The notes: generated by a model from the letters alone, not told the origin. A DNA stretch of 64,000 nucleotides from Abditibacteriaceae bacterium (GCA_965277285.1 OZ255721.1:1376001-1440000); one strand, 5' to 3'. Positions 9,413 to 19,913 are shown, numbered from the stretch's first letter. Numbers and translations are program-made.

Positions 9413-11178
9413 AAATCCGTTTCTTCATTCAACTCTCGCTGCAATATCGCACGATAAAAATCAGCGGCAGAATTCTTTTCGATCGTAAATAAACCCAAGC
9501 GAAAAGCGGCGTATGCCGAACAATAAAATCGCAATTCATCAGGCGCAAAAGCGAGTGAACTTTCGCTCACAATTTCTTCCAACAACGGCGTCGCACTTTC
9601 TTTGTTCAAGTCCCATTCAACAAGTGCGCCTGCCAAATCCCACAGCCAGCTTTGCCGTCCGACCATCGTGTGATCCCAATTGTGACCGCAGCAATCGATT
9701 TTGAGTACTCGATTGTCGGGCGTGCGAATCCATTCGTGCGGCGCCAAATGTCCATCGCCATAACTCGGCGCGAGTTCGTCCGTTTTGGCTTGTTCGCTCA
9801 ACAATTGCGCGCATTTCGCGGCTTCTTCGCCGAATGCTTCGCGCGTGTTGCAAATTAGCATTTCGACCAAACGATTGCGGGAAATCTGCGCTTCTTCGCA
9901 TGTCATTGGCGCGCCGCTACAGGAAACAAGGTATCGCCCGATGTGACGGAGCAATTGCGGCGTCGCATCTTCGCGCGTCAGCGGACGACCTTCAATCCAC
10001 GGCGTGGCGACAAAACCACAACAACTTCCCAGCGGCGCGACCATGAAACCGTTGGCGGCGCGTTCGTTGATCTGAAGCAACGTTTCTGATGTCGCCGTGC
10101 CATTTTTCAGCGACACAAAACCAGCGAACTTCCACAATACGGCGCGGCCATCGTTCAGCGTGACACGATATTTCGTCCGCTCAAACTGCGTTGCAACTGG
10201 CGGCCACAAACTTTCATTCGAGTACTCGAAATGGCGCCACAAACCGCCACTGAAGTCGTCAATCCGCGCGATTCCCTCGCTCGTGTTCAATAATTCGCGC
10301 GTGCGACTCGCCAAAAATTCGGGCAAGGTTTGATTGTTCCAGCGCAGTTCATTCAATGATGTCGTGAACCGCTCGGTCGTATTCCACCAAGCGCGCGTTC
10401 TCGAAGAGGCTTCAATTCCAGGTTCGCCATCATGTCCCGGAAAGAAAACAATGCGCTCGCGGGCGATGCCAAGTTCATGCGCAGCCTGCGCGACGCTCGC
10501 CATCGAAGAACCGGAAAGTCCCGGGCCTTCATCGACAATCCACGCCCATTGCGCGTCGCGCAGTTCATCTTTGGAAAGTTTCGTTTCGCGTTCAAAAGGA
10601 TGTCCATTTGGGCGAACTGTCAGGCGATGAACTTTCCAGCCATTGGATTTCAACAAAGTTTTCACCAACGCCGAAAGCGAAGTGCCGATGCTGCGAACGC
10701 CGATGACTATAAACGGCCCCCATAATTCATGATAGCGTTCGTCTATCCAAGGTGAGATGGACGCCGCATATTGTTCGGGAAAGAGCGTGTAAAACGCGAA
10801 ACCTTCCGGCAATTTTATGCTCACTTCCACGTCGGGAAGCGGCCATGTCTCAATGTCCTTCAAATACAGGTGTAGCAGCGGCAAGATGCTGTCGAATGCG
10901 ACGCCACGCTGCGTTTTGAGCCACTTTCCGTAAAACGCCTTGGCCATGCCATTGGTGAAACTTTGGCAGCGTTCAATCCATTGTTGCGCTTCTTCGGGTG
11001 GAAGTTGCGCGGGCAGAACGTCGTGAACGGCTTGCTCGAGTTGTCCGGCTTGCACCAAAAGTTCGCGCACATCGTCGAGCGATGGTTCGTTTTGGGACAA
11101 GCGCAAAAGCGCCTGACGCAAGCGCGCAACTTGGATAGACAACGATTGAGAAAATTGTGGATCGCCGTAAACAATCAT
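9409..11178 (-). CDS. hypothetical protein with PRTase-like and phosphotransferase-like motifs
   Basis: IVDEGPGLSGSS resembles a PRPP-binding loop; DGHLAPHEW..KID..WDLAG resembles an APH/kinase fold. Confidence 0.7.
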   Translation of the reverse strand: MIVYGDPQFSQSLSIQVARLRQALLRLSQNEPSLDDVRELLVQAGQLEQAVHDVLPAQLPPEEAQQWIERCQSFTNGMAKAFYGKWLKTQRGVAFDSILPLLHLYLKDIETWPLPDVEVSIKLPEGFAFYTLFPEQYAASISPWIDERYHELWGPFIVIGVRSIGTSLSALVKTLLKSNGWKVHRLTVRPNGHPFERETKLSKDELRDAQWAWIVDEGPGLSGSSMASVAQAAHELGIARERIVFFPGHDGEPGIEASSRTRAWWNTTERFTTSLNELRWNNQTLPEFLASRTRELLNTSEGIARIDDFSGGLWRHFEYSNESLWPPVATQFERTKYRVTLNDGRAVLWKFAGFVSLKNGTATSETLLQINERAANGFMVAPLGSCCGFVATPWIEGRPLTREDATPQLLRHIGRYLVSCSGAPMTCEEAQISRNRLVEMLICNTREAFGEEAAKCAQLLSEQAKTDELAPSYGDGHLAPHEWIRTPDNRVLKIDCCGHNWDHTMVGRQSWLWDLAGALVEWDLNKESATPLLEEIVSESSLAFAPDELRFYCSAYAAFRLGLFTIEKNSAADFYRAILQRELNEETDL

Positions 11179-11286
11179 AATCGGAAAGGTGTCGAAAGCT
11201 TCTTGCGGTTGCTACACTGACGCCTGATTTCGCGCCTCATCGAGTACTCGAATTGTGCGTTTCGCCCTCTCAATTATAAGGTTTTG

Positions 11287-12381
11287 ATGAACTCGCAGCT
11301 TTCGCCTCACACTTCGACGCAGCCTCTTAAAATTGGCGTTCTCACCTTTCATCGTTGCATCAATTACGGTTCGTTCTGGCAGGCGCGCTGCCTGGTCGAA
11401 GGCTTGCAAAAGCGCGGACACAACGCCGTTTTGCTCGATCACCATTCGCCGCGCGTCAACTTCCGCGAATGGAAATGCGCTTTGCGCCCGACCTGGCCGA
11501 CGCCGATTCCACTCGCCGATTATGCGGGTTACCTTCAAAAAACCAGAAAGTTTTTCGCTGCTTTTGAGACATTGCCGCTTTCGCCGCGCTTCGATCTGGA
11601 AAACCCGCAAGCGATGGGCGAATACGACCTGGTCGTTGTCGGCAGCGATGAAGTATGGAACTTGCGGCATCCGTGGTACGCGGGCAGCACGCTGTTTTAT
11701 GGCGTTGGTGTGCGCGCGCCGCGCTTGATTTCCTATGCCGCCAGCTTCGGAAATTACGACGCCAGCGAAGGTTTGCCCGAAGCATGGGCGGAACGATTGC
11801 GCCATTTCAACTCGATTTCAGTGCGCGACGACAATTCGCGGACAATCATTGAAAACGCACTGGGTTTCGTGCCAATTACAGTACTCGATCCATGCCTGCA
11901 ATTTCCACTTGAGGTCGAAAGCAAAGCGCCATTTAAGAATTATGTGGCGCTTTACGGCCACAATTTTTCGCCACATTTCATCAAAAACGTGCAGCAATGG
12001 GCGCATAAAAATAGCCTTCAAACTGTCAGCATCGGCTATCGCAACGATTGGGCGGACGAACAATGGCTCGAAGCCAGTCCGCAGGATTTCGCGTCTTTCA
12101 TGGCGAACGCTCAAGCCGTGACGACCAACTTTTTTCATGGCTGCGTTTTCGCCTTGCGCAACCACAAACCGTTCGTTTGCGAAACGACATCCTATCGCTT
12201 CCATAAAGTGCGCGATTTGATGACGACCGTTGGCGGCCAAGCGCATTTGATGAACGAAGATTCGCCGTTTGCTGACTACGCCGCGCGCTTGAATGAACCT
12301 TTGAGTACCCAAATCGAGCGCAACATCGCTGATTTGCGACAAAGTTCAGACGCGTTTTTGGATGCAACAATTTGTCCGTAG
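11287..12381 (+). CDS. polysaccharide pyruvyl transferase family protein
   Basis: KIGVLTFH..NYGS..QA, VGSDEVWN, SYAASFG, ISVRD, VLDP, FFHGCVFA. Confidence 0.88.
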   Translation: MNSQLSPHTSTQPLKIGVLTFHRCINYGSFWQARCLVEGLQKRGHNAVLLDHHSPRVNFREWKCALRPTWPTPIPLADYAGYLQKTRKFFAAFETLPLSPRFDLENPQAMGEYDLVVVGSDEVWNLRHPWYAGSTLFYGVGVRAPRLISYAASFGNYDASEGLPEAWAERLRHFNSISVRDDNSRTIIENALGFVPITVLDPCLQFPLEVESKAPFKNYVALYGHNFSPHFIKNVQQWAHKNSLQTVSIGYRNDWADEQWLEASPQDFASFMANAQAVTTNFFHGCVFALRNHKPFVCETTSYRFHKVRDLMTTVGGQAHLMNEDSPFADYAARLNEPLSTQIERNIADLRQSSDAFLDATICP

Positions 12382-12440
12382 GGGCGGGAAACCGCTTACT
12401 TTCCTCTTGAATCAAACGGACGCGGAAATCCCGCCCCTAC
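12378..12440. repeat. GTAG-type REP pair
   Basis: GTAGGGGCGGGA ... TCCCGCCCCTAC. Confidence 0.7.
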
Positions 12441-12444
12441 AAAT

Positions 12445-13854
12445 ATGACTTCTCAACTTCTTCCTCTTTTCAGTCCGCGCGATATTGTGCGTTCGGGTTT
12501 GTGCATCGGCTGCGGCTCGTGTGTCGCGCAAAACGATGACGCAAATGCGCGCATTGATTTCAATCGCTACGGTCATTTCGAGCCGTCGGGCGATGCGTCG
12601 TGGATGAACCAGAAATCGGACAGCTTTTCGCGGACGTGTCCGTTTTCGCCTTCGGCATTGAACGAAGACCAACTGGCGGCGGAACTTTTTCCCGACATCG
12701 AGTACTCGAATACGCACACAGGCCGCTTTCAATCGGCTTATGTCGGCTTTGTGGCGGACGACGGTTTTCGTGACAGAGGAAGTTCAGGCGGCATGGTGTC
12801 GTGGGTTTTGGAAGAATTGTTGCGGCGTGGCTTGGTCGATGGCGTGGCGCACGTCGCGCCAGTCGATGATCCGCAAGGCGAAGGTCGCTTTTTTCGTTAT
12901 CGCATCGCGCGCACAATCGAAGAAATTCGCGGCGGCGCCAAATCGCGCTATTATCCGGTCGAAATGTCCGGCATTTTGGAAGAAATTCGCCGCACGCCAG
13001 GCCGTTACGCGGTTGTCGGCGTGCCGTGCTTCATCAAGGCGCTGCAACTTTTGCGGCGCGAAGACGCGATCATCCGCGAACGTGTGGCTTTTACGTTAGG
13101 TTTGTTTTGTGGTCACATGAAAAGCGCGCGATTGATGGAAAGTTTCGCCTGGCAAATGGACGTTTCGGTCAAAGACATTCAACGCGTCGAGTTCCGCATC
13201 AAAGACGCCACTCGTCCGGCCAGCGTTTACACGGCGCAGATGACGTTGCGCGACGGCAGCGAAGTGCGCAAAGATTGGTGGAATCTGGTCGATGGCGATT
13301 GGGGCGCCGGATTTTTCCAGAACGCCGCCTGCAACTTTTGCGATGACGTGGTCGGCGAAACCGCTGATATTTCGTTTGGCGATGCCTGGGTCGAACCATA
13401 TTCTTCCGATGGTCGCGGCACCAATGTCGTGATTGTGCGCCATCGAGTACTCGATACGCTGGTCAAGAACGCGATCAACGACAAGCGTTTGCAATTGGAA
13501 GATGTCGATGCCGAATTCATTCATCGAACACAAGCCGCCGGTTTTCGCCAGCGACGCGAAGGTTTATCGTTTCGACTTTACTGGCGACGCGTCGGGCGCC
13601 AGCGATTTTTAGTTCAGCCGCGCAAACGCGTTTTTCCACGATTGCATTCCATTCCCAAACGTCGCCAGTTGATTTATCGAATGCGCGCGTTTATTACGGC
13701 GTGGAGCCATCGCGTTTATTGGATGGCGCGTCGCACCAAACGCCGCGAACTTTACACGCGCTGGGCGGAAACTTCAGTCAAGCTTTATCACGGTTTGGCA
13801 TATGGAGGCGGCAAATTGGGCGAGTGGCTGGAACGAATCGGTTTGCGTTCTTGA
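12445..13854 (+). CDS. coenzyme F420 hydrogenase/dehydrogenase beta-subunit family Fe-S protein
   Basis: CIGCGSC..CP, SSGG, KSRY, VGVPC, GLFCG, C..C.D...E.ADISFGDAW. Confidence 0.88.
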   Translation: MTSQLLPLFSPRDIVRSGLCIGCGSCVAQNDDANARIDFNRYGHFEPSGDASWMNQKSDSFSRTCPFSPSALNEDQLAAELFPDIEYSNTHTGRFQSAYVGFVADDGFRDRGSSGGMVSWVLEELLRRGLVDGVAHVAPVDDPQGEGRFFRYRIARTIEEIRGGAKSRYYPVEMSGILEEIRRTPGRYAVVGVPCFIKALQLLRREDAIIRERVAFTLGLFCGHMKSARLMESFAWQMDVSVKDIQRVEFRIKDATRPASVYTAQMTLRDGSEVRKDWWNLVDGDWGAGFFQNAACNFCDDVVGETADISFGDAWVEPYSSDGRGTNVVIVRHRVLDTLVKNAINDKRLQLEDVDAEFIHRTQAAGFRQRREGLSFRLYWRRVGRQRFLVQPRKRVFPRLHSIPKRRQLIYRMRAFITAWSHRVYWMARRTKRRELYTRWAETSVKLYHGLAYGGGKLGEWLERIGLRS

Positions 13855-13925
13855 TGTGTCGATTCATTCGAGGTTCTGAGATTTCCCTCTGCGCTTTGGT
13901 GACTCTGCGGTTAAACTGCGAAGCG

Positions 13926-14651
13926 ATGAACGAGCATTACGAACACACGCCGGGCGAAGATCAGGACGAACTTGATGCGGTCGAAATCCGCGACAACGGC
14001 GAACCTTTGGTCGATTTTCTCGCGCTGTGCAATTCGCCAAAGTTGGTAATGGCGCCTTCACATCCGATTTTTGAATTGCCGCGCGTTCATTTGTTGCGCG
14101 AAAGCGTGGCGCGTATGATTTGTCAGGCGGCGAATGCCCTGCCCGGCGGCTTGAAACTGCAAATCGTCGAAGGTTATCGTCCGCTTCAAACGCAGCGCTT
14201 CATGTTTCGCCACGCTTTGGAAGAAGCGCGCAAGCGTTTTCCAGACTGGAGCGAAGACAAAATCTGCCTCGAAGCCGGACGCTACAGCGCGCCGCCAGAC
14301 GCGATCACGCCACCGCCGCATACGACAGGTGGCGCCGTTGATGTGGGAATCGTGGACGAAAACGATCAGCAGCTCGATTTCTTTTCACCCTTTGAAATCA
14401 CCGATGTTTCGCACGCCGCGATGAAGGCGCGCGGGCTTTCCGATCAAGCGCGCCGCAACCGCGATTTGCTGCGTCAAGTACTCGAACCGACCGGCTTGAC
14501 CAATTACGTGGACGAATGGTGGCACTGGAGCTACGGCGATAACGGCTGGGCTTTGCGCACGGGCGCGCCGTTCGCGTTGTATGACAAAATCGAAATGCCG
14601 CACGATGCCAAATGGATCGGCGACAAAACCAAACTTCCCTCAGACGAATAG
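13926..14651 (+). CDS. M15 family D-Ala-D-Ala dipeptidase (VanX/DdpX-like)
   Basis: EGYRP..Q, PPHTTGGAVD, EWWHWSYGD; start set to ATG 13926. Confidence 0.85.
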   Translation: MNEHYEHTPGEDQDELDAVEIRDNGEPLVDFLALCNSPKLVMAPSHPIFELPRVHLLRESVARMICQAANALPGGLKLQIVEGYRPLQTQRFMFRHALEEARKRFPDWSEDKICLEAGRYSAPPDAITPPPHTTGGAVDVGIVDENDQQLDFFSPFEITDVSHAAMKARGLSDQARRNRDLLRQVLEPTGLTNYVDEWWHWSYGDNGWALRTGAPFALYDKIEMPHDAKWIGDKTKLPSDE

Positions 14652-14695
14652 AAATCAATCACAGAGACACCAAGAACACAGAGCAGAAAAGTAAA

Positions 14696-14781
14696 AGTTT
14701 GTCATTCTGAGCGCAGCGAAGAATCTAACTACAATTAGATTCTTCGCACTGCCCAGAGGGCACCCGTCAGAATGACAAACT
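14696..14781. repeat. GTCATTCTGAGCGCAGCGAAGAATCT palindromic element, copy 1 (with internal insert)
   Basis: Same arms as 21219-21291 and 58652-58723. Confidence 0.85.
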
Positions 14782-14826
14782 GCAGGTTCGACGTTTATTC
14801 TCTGGTGTCTCCGTGGTTCAAAAATC

Positions 14827-15762
14827 ATGGCCGTTGCTCCCGCACAAATCCACCCACAATCGAGTACTCGAAGCGTCGCGCGCCGCGATGAAAGCACGCT
14901 GCGCCGCTTGTTGCGTCGTCCGATGGCGTGGTGCGGTCTGGCAATTATTGCGCTGCTATTTGTCGTCGCGTTTTTGGCGCCGCAGATGTCGCACGTCGAT
15001 CCGACATTTATCTTTCCCAAGGGAACAAACGCGCTCGGTGAACCGCACGCGCCGGGCGGTGGTTTCCCGCTGGGCGCCGATACGCTGGGGCGCGATGTGT
15101 GGACGCGCGTTTTGTATGGCTCGCGCGTTTCGCTCGAAGTTGGCCTTTTTGCGATGCTGTCCTCGATTTTCATTGGAACAATTGTTGGCCTGGTCAGTGG
15201 CTATTTTGGCGGCTGGATTGACGGCGCACTAATGCGTTTCACCGATGTTGTAATTAGCTTGCCGACGGTTTTATTAGTGATCGCGTTTGTCGTCGTTTTG
15301 CCGGTCGAGCCGATTATCATCCGCGGACACGAGTTCGACCGCAACGTGTTCAATATGCTGCTGGCGATTGCGCTCGTCACCTGGACGCGTATTGCGCGCA
15401 CCGTCAGAGGCGAAGTTCTCAGCCTGAAGCGCCGCGAATTTATCGAAGCCGCGCACGCGACGGGTTGCTCGAACAGTCGCATTATTTTTCGCCATCTGTT
15501 GCCTAACGTGATGCCGACGATTATCGTTCTGGCGACCCTGGCGACCGCCAACAACATTTTGCTGGAAGCTGGACTTTCATATTTAGGTTTGGGCGTTGAA
15601 GCGAAAACGCCCAGTTGGGGCGGCATGATTTCCGAGGGACAGCCGTTTTTGCTTTCCGCACCATGGATCGCGCTGGCGCCAGGAATTGCTATTGTGCTGG
15701 CGGTCGCCGGTTTCAACCTGGTCGGGCAAGCTTTGCAGGAAACTTTGGAGCCACGCGTTTGA
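14827..15762 (+). CDS. peptide ABC transporter permease (DppC/OppC-like)
   Basis: LGADTLGRD, YGSRVSL, EFIEAAHATG (EAA loop), HLLPN, LSYLGLG. Confidence 0.92.
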   Translation: MAVAPAQIHPQSSTRSVARRDESTLRRLLRRPMAWCGLAIIALLFVVAFLAPQMSHVDPTFIFPKGTNALGEPHAPGGGFPLGADTLGRDVWTRVLYGSRVSLEVGLFAMLSSIFIGTIVGLVSGYFGGWIDGALMRFTDVVISLPTVLLVIAFVVVLPVEPIIIRGHEFDRNVFNMLLAIALVTWTRIARTVRGEVLSLKRREFIEAAHATGCSNSRIIFRHLLPNVMPTIIVLATLATANNILLEAGLSYLGLGVEAKTPSWGGMISEGQPFLLSAPWIALAPGIAIVLAVAGFNLVGQALQETLEPRV

Positions 15763-16976
15763 ACTCCCTGACACCATCGAGTACTCGATGTGCTTCTGTA
15801 GAAACTGAAACGCACACCGCGCCCGATTTCAAAACGGCGTTGCGTTGGGCGTGTTGGCCGTTTTTGTTGTCGCGGCTGTGGGTCGCCCTTTTCGCCTATT
15901 GGGGACATTGGGAATATACGCAGGCCGGAAAATATCTCAAACCATTTGTCGGCGGCTGGCAAGGTGTTCCCAACTGGTGGCTCAATCCGTGGACTACTTA
16001 TGACAGCGAGCGCTTTGTCCACGTCGGCGAACGCGGCTACGATGTTATCACGTCGGTTTCGTTTCCTTTCTATTCGATGCTGCTCAGCCCGTTCGCGCCC
16101 AACGAAGTCGCCATGAGCGCGTGGGGCGTTTTGCTGTCGAACCTCGCGTTCTTGCTTGCGTTGGCGATGCTTTTTCGTCTGACAAACCGCGATTTCAATT
16201 CACCGGTGGCGCGTGGAACGTTGTGGGCGCTGGCGTTTTTTCCTGCAACCGTGATTTTTAGCGCGGTTTATGCGGAATCGGTTTTTCTATTGCTGCTGAT
16301 AATGACGTTCTGGGACGCGCGCGGCGGCAACTGGGGACGCGCTATTGTATGGGCTTTCCTGGCTGGATTAACGCGCAATTCTGGACCGATTTTGTGTGTT
16401 GCTTTGCTTGTCGAGTACGCGATGCAGCGAAAAACCGCGAACGATGAAGATCGTCCAACACCATCGCTCGTCGCAGGTTTGGCGATCATTGCGCCTGTTG
16501 TAGCGTTTGTAGGATTTCAGCTTTATTTGCGTTGGGATTTGGGGCGCGGCGATTTAGTTTTTCGCCAGCAACACGCATTGGGACGAACCTGGATGTGGCC
16601 GTGGCTGCCGGTTTGGCACGAGATCCAAGCGCTGTTGCTTCGAGGCGCCTTCAATATCACGACCGTTGTGAATTTATGGGCGACGCTGGCTGGAATCGTG
16701 GTCGCTTTCGCGTACTGGAAGCGCGGCGTGTTGAGTTACACAGTTTTTCTGGGCGGCTTGTTACTGGCGTTTTTAGGTTACGGCTTGATGTATGCGCCTT
16801 ATACTGTCGGCGCCATGCGTTATTTAGCGGTGACGTTTCCCATGTCGCAACGCTTGAGTTGCTGGGCATTGTCGCTGGCCAAACGTCCCATGACGCGCGG
16901 AATTTTAATCGCTCTTGCCTTGATGACGAGCGCAATTGTCGCTTTCGCGTTCGGTTTCAAAGTGTATTTGTTTTGA
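15759..16976 (+). CDS. GT-C fold mannosyltransferase-like membrane protein (PIG-V-like), copy 1
   Basis: WTTYDSERF, SFPFY, FSAVYAESVF, LTRNSG, MRY; start uncertain (TTG 15759 overlapping upstream stop). Confidence 0.8.
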   Translation: MNSLTPSSTRCASVETETHTAPDFKTALRWACWPFLLSRLWVALFAYWGHWEYTQAGKYLKPFVGGWQGVPNWWLNPWTTYDSERFVHVGERGYDVITSVSFPFYSMLLSPFAPNEVAMSAWGVLLSNLAFLLALAMLFRLTNRDFNSPVARGTLWALAFFPATVIFSAVYAESVFLLLLIMTFWDARGGNWGRAIVWAFLAGLTRNSGPILCVALLVEYAMQRKTANDEDRPTPSLVAGLAIIAPVVAFVGFQLYLRWDLGRGDLVFRQQHALGRTWMWPWLPVWHEIQALLLRGAFNITTVVNLWATLAGIVVAFAYWKRGVLSYTVFLGGLLLAFLGYGLMYAPYTVGAMRYLAVTFPMSQRLSCWALSLAKRPMTRGILIALALMTSAIVAFAFGFKVYLF

Positions 16977-17444
16977 AAGTCAGCCTGTCCAAAGGTCAGG
17001 TTCGCTAACTCCATTTCTATGGACACCTTCGTTTCCCGACAACAAAACCACAACGTGCCATTTTCGTTGCGCGAATTCTTTGCGCCGTGCGTGTTGTGGG
17101 CGTTCTTCTTATCGCGGCTGTGGGTCGCCCTTTTCGCCTATTGGGGACATTGGGAATATACGCAGGCCGGAAAATATCTCAAACCATTTGTCGGCGGCTG
17201 GCAAGGTGTTCCCAACTGGTGGCTCAATCCGTGGACTACTTATGACAGCGAGCGCTTTGTCCACGTCGGCGAACGCGGCTACGATGTTATCACGTCGGTT
17301 TCGTTTCCTTTCTATTCGATGCTGCTCAGCCCGTTCGCGCCCAACGAAGTCGCCATGAGCGCGTGGGGCGTTTTGCTGTCGAACCTCGCGTTCTTGCTTG
17401 CGTTGGCGATGCTTTTTCGTCTGACAAACCGCGATTTCAATTCA
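15870..17444 (+). repeat. 333-bp identical direct repeat (15870-16202 = 17112-17444)
   Basis: Base-by-base visual comparison found no differences. Confidence 0.9.
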
Positions 17445-18203
17445 TCGGTGGCCAAAGGCACCATTTGGGCGACAGCGTTTTTCCCTGCAACGGTTGTTTT
17501 CAGCGCGGTTTATGCTGAATCAGTGTTTTTTTTATTGGTTGTGCTCACGTTTTGGAGTGCGCGTAATGGGCATTGGGGTTGGGTCGCATTTTATGGACTT
17601 TTAGCGGGGCTGACGCGCAATGCCGGGCCGATTTTGTTCCTCGCACTTGCAATCGAGTACTCGATGCAGCATCACGCGGCGCAACGCGGACGCTTTTATT
17701 GGCTTTCGGCTTTAGCGACCACGACGCCTCTGCTGGCTTTTGTGGCATTCCAGATTTATCTAAAGTATGACCTGGGACGCAGCGATTTGATGTTGAAGCA
17801 AGCGCACGCGCTGGGGCGAACCTGGATGTGGCCGTGGCTACCGATCTGGAAAGAATTTTTCTTTGTTGCCAAAGGGCACAGAGGAGTTGCGACAATTGTC
17901 AACTTTTGGGCAGCCCTGACCGGCATTGTCATAGCCTTTGTCTACTGGAAACGCGGTTTGAGCTACACCGCCTTTCTGTCAGGAATGTTGCTGGCGTTTT
18001 TGACCTATGGAATGACTTACCCACCGTATACAATCGGCGCCATGCGCTATTTGGCGGTGACATTTCCCATGCAGCAACGTTTGGCCCTGTTTGTTTCGAC
18101 CCACGCGCGACATCCTTTGATACGCGTTCTTCTGGTAATGTTCGCGCTGCTAACCAGCGCCATCGTTGCTTTTGACTTTGGCTTCAAGGCCTTCTTGTTT
18201 TAA
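17019..18203 (+). CDS. GT-C fold mannosyltransferase-like membrane protein, copy 2
   Basis: Same motifs; tandem paralog. Confidence 0.82.
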   Translation: MDTFVSRQQNHNVPFSLREFFAPCVLWAFFLSRLWVALFAYWGHWEYTQAGKYLKPFVGGWQGVPNWWLNPWTTYDSERFVHVGERGYDVITSVSFPFYSMLLSPFAPNEVAMSAWGVLLSNLAFLLALAMLFRLTNRDFNSSVAKGTIWATAFFPATVVFSAVYAESVFFLLVVLTFWSARNGHWGWVAFYGLLAGLTRNAGPILFLALAIEYSMQHHAAQRGRFYWLSALATTTPLLAFVAFQIYLKYDLGRSDLMLKQAHALGRTWMWPWLPIWKEFFFVAKGHRGVATIVNFWAALTGIVIAFVYWKRGLSYTAFLSGMLLAFLTYGMTYPPYTIGAMRYLAVTFPMQQRLALFVSTHARHPLIRVLLVMFALLTSAIVAFDFGFKAFLF

Positions 18204-18267
18204 CTCCCGCCTCCGCCGTCGTTTGCGTGTTTTCTGAAGATTGTGAAATAGCCTGTATAATCTACGC

Positions 18268-19905
18268 ATGAAGTTTTCGTTCCTTTCCACTTTTCCAAAA
18301 CTTTTGCTATCCCTGCTTTGCGTCCTTTTTCTGGGAAGCGGTTGCGCTAACACCGCGCGCGCGCCCAAAACCTTGATGCTGGCCAGCATGACCGAGCCGG
18401 CCACGCTCGATCCGGCCAAAGCCTATGACGATTCGACGATTCCCTTTGTGCGCGTGCTCTATCGCGGATTAGTGGATTACGACGACCGCGCCAACATCGC
18501 CAACGAAGTCGCGCGCAGTCGTCGCGTTTCCGAGGATGGAAAAACTTACACTTTCAAACTGCGCGATGATGTATTTTTCACTTCGGGACGCCGCGTTGTA
18601 GCTAACGATTTTCGCTATGCGCTGGAACGAGTACTCGATCCCGCAACCGCATCCGACGGGCTTTCGCAATACACAATGATCGATGGCGCCGAAGATTATA
18701 CGAAAGCGAAAACCAAAGATGAAACCGCGAATGTTCATGTGCGCGGCATCCAGATTCCCGACGACGACACGATTATTTTTCATTTGACGGCGCCCAACGC
18801 CACGTTTTTGAATTATCTGGCGCTGCCTTTTGCCTATGCGGTGCCGCTCGAGCAAGTCGAAAAATATGGCAAAGATTTCGGCGAGCATCCCGATGGCTGC
18901 GGCCCGTTCATGCTGGACGATTGGGTGCATGACGCATGGATCAAACTCAAGCGCAACCCGCGCTATTTTCATCCGGATTTGCCGCGTTCAGATCGTTTGG
19001 AAATGCAAATCGGCGTGTCGGAAACCTTGCAAACCATGTTGTTCGAGCAAGGCCATCTGGACGTTTTATCCTTGACGAGCCTGGACGGGCCGGACTACTT
19101 GCGCTTGAAAAACTCGCCGAAGTGGAAGCCTTTGGTGCTGCACGCGCCTTTGATGGACGTGCGCTACCTGTGTTTGAACAACGAAATGAAGCCGTTCAAC
19201 GATGTGCGCGTGCGCCAGGCGATGAATTACGCCATCAACCGCGATCGCATCGTCAGTTTTCTTAACGGACGCGCCACCAAAGCGCGCGGCGCCTTGCCGC
19301 CTGGAATGCCCGCCTTCAATCCGCATCTTTTCCAGTACTCGTATGATCCGACGAAGGCCAAGCAACTTCTCAAAGAAGCCGGTTACGCGAACGGTTTCCC
19401 GCAAACTCTGACCTTGTGGTATTCCGATAAGGAAAGCTGGACGGCGATGGCGGCGCAATCGATTCAGGAAGATTTGCGGCGCGTCGGCATCACCATTTCA
19501 ACGAAAAATACGACTTACGCCGATCTCAAAGCCAAAGCTGGTCAGCGTCACAACATCGAAATGGCGATGATGGGCTGGCTGCAAGATTTCACCGATCCGT
19601 CGAACTTTTTGGATAACCTGTTCAATACTCGCAGCATCACGGAAATGGCGAGCATCAATCGCTCGTTTTATTCTAATCCGAAAGTGGACGCGCTGTTGAA
19701 CAAAGCTCTGGGCGAAACGAATCGCGCCAAACGCTTGCAGATGTATCAGGACGCCGAAACGCAAATCGTGCATGACGCGCCATGGGTTTTTCTGCATCAC
19801 ACGGAACGTTACGCCTTGCGCCAGCCGTGGGTCGAAGGCTACACCTTGCACCCGATGTGGAGCGAACGCTACGAATTTGTGCGCGTTGATGACGCCCGCC
19901 GATAA
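18268..19905 (+). CDS. peptide ABC transporter substrate-binding lipoprotein (DppA/OppA family)
   Basis: Lipobox LGSGC, TLDPA, YTFKLRDDV.F, GCGPF, VRVRQAMNYAINR. Confidence 0.92.
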   Translation: MKFSFLSTFPKLLLSLLCVLFLGSGCANTARAPKTLMLASMTEPATLDPAKAYDDSTIPFVRVLYRGLVDYDDRANIANEVARSRRVSEDGKTYTFKLRDDVFFTSGRRVVANDFRYALERVLDPATASDGLSQYTMIDGAEDYTKAKTKDETANVHVRGIQIPDDDTIIFHLTAPNATFLNYLALPFAYAVPLEQVEKYGKDFGEHPDGCGPFMLDDWVHDAWIKLKRNPRYFHPDLPRSDRLEMQIGVSETLQTMLFEQGHLDVLSLTSLDGPDYLRLKNSPKWKPLVLHAPLMDVRYLCLNNEMKPFNDVRVRQAMNYAINRDRIVSFLNGRATKARGALPPGMPAFNPHLFQYSYDPTKAKQLLKEAGYANGFPQTLTLWYSDKESWTAMAAQSIQEDLRRVGITISTKNTTYADLKAKAGQRHNIEMAMMGWLQDFTDPSNFLDNLFNTRSITEMASINRSFYSNPKVDALLNKALGETNRAKRLQMYQDAETQIVHDAPWVFLHHTERYALRQPWVEGYTLHPMWSERYEFVRVDDARR

Positions 19906-19913
19906 CGCACACA

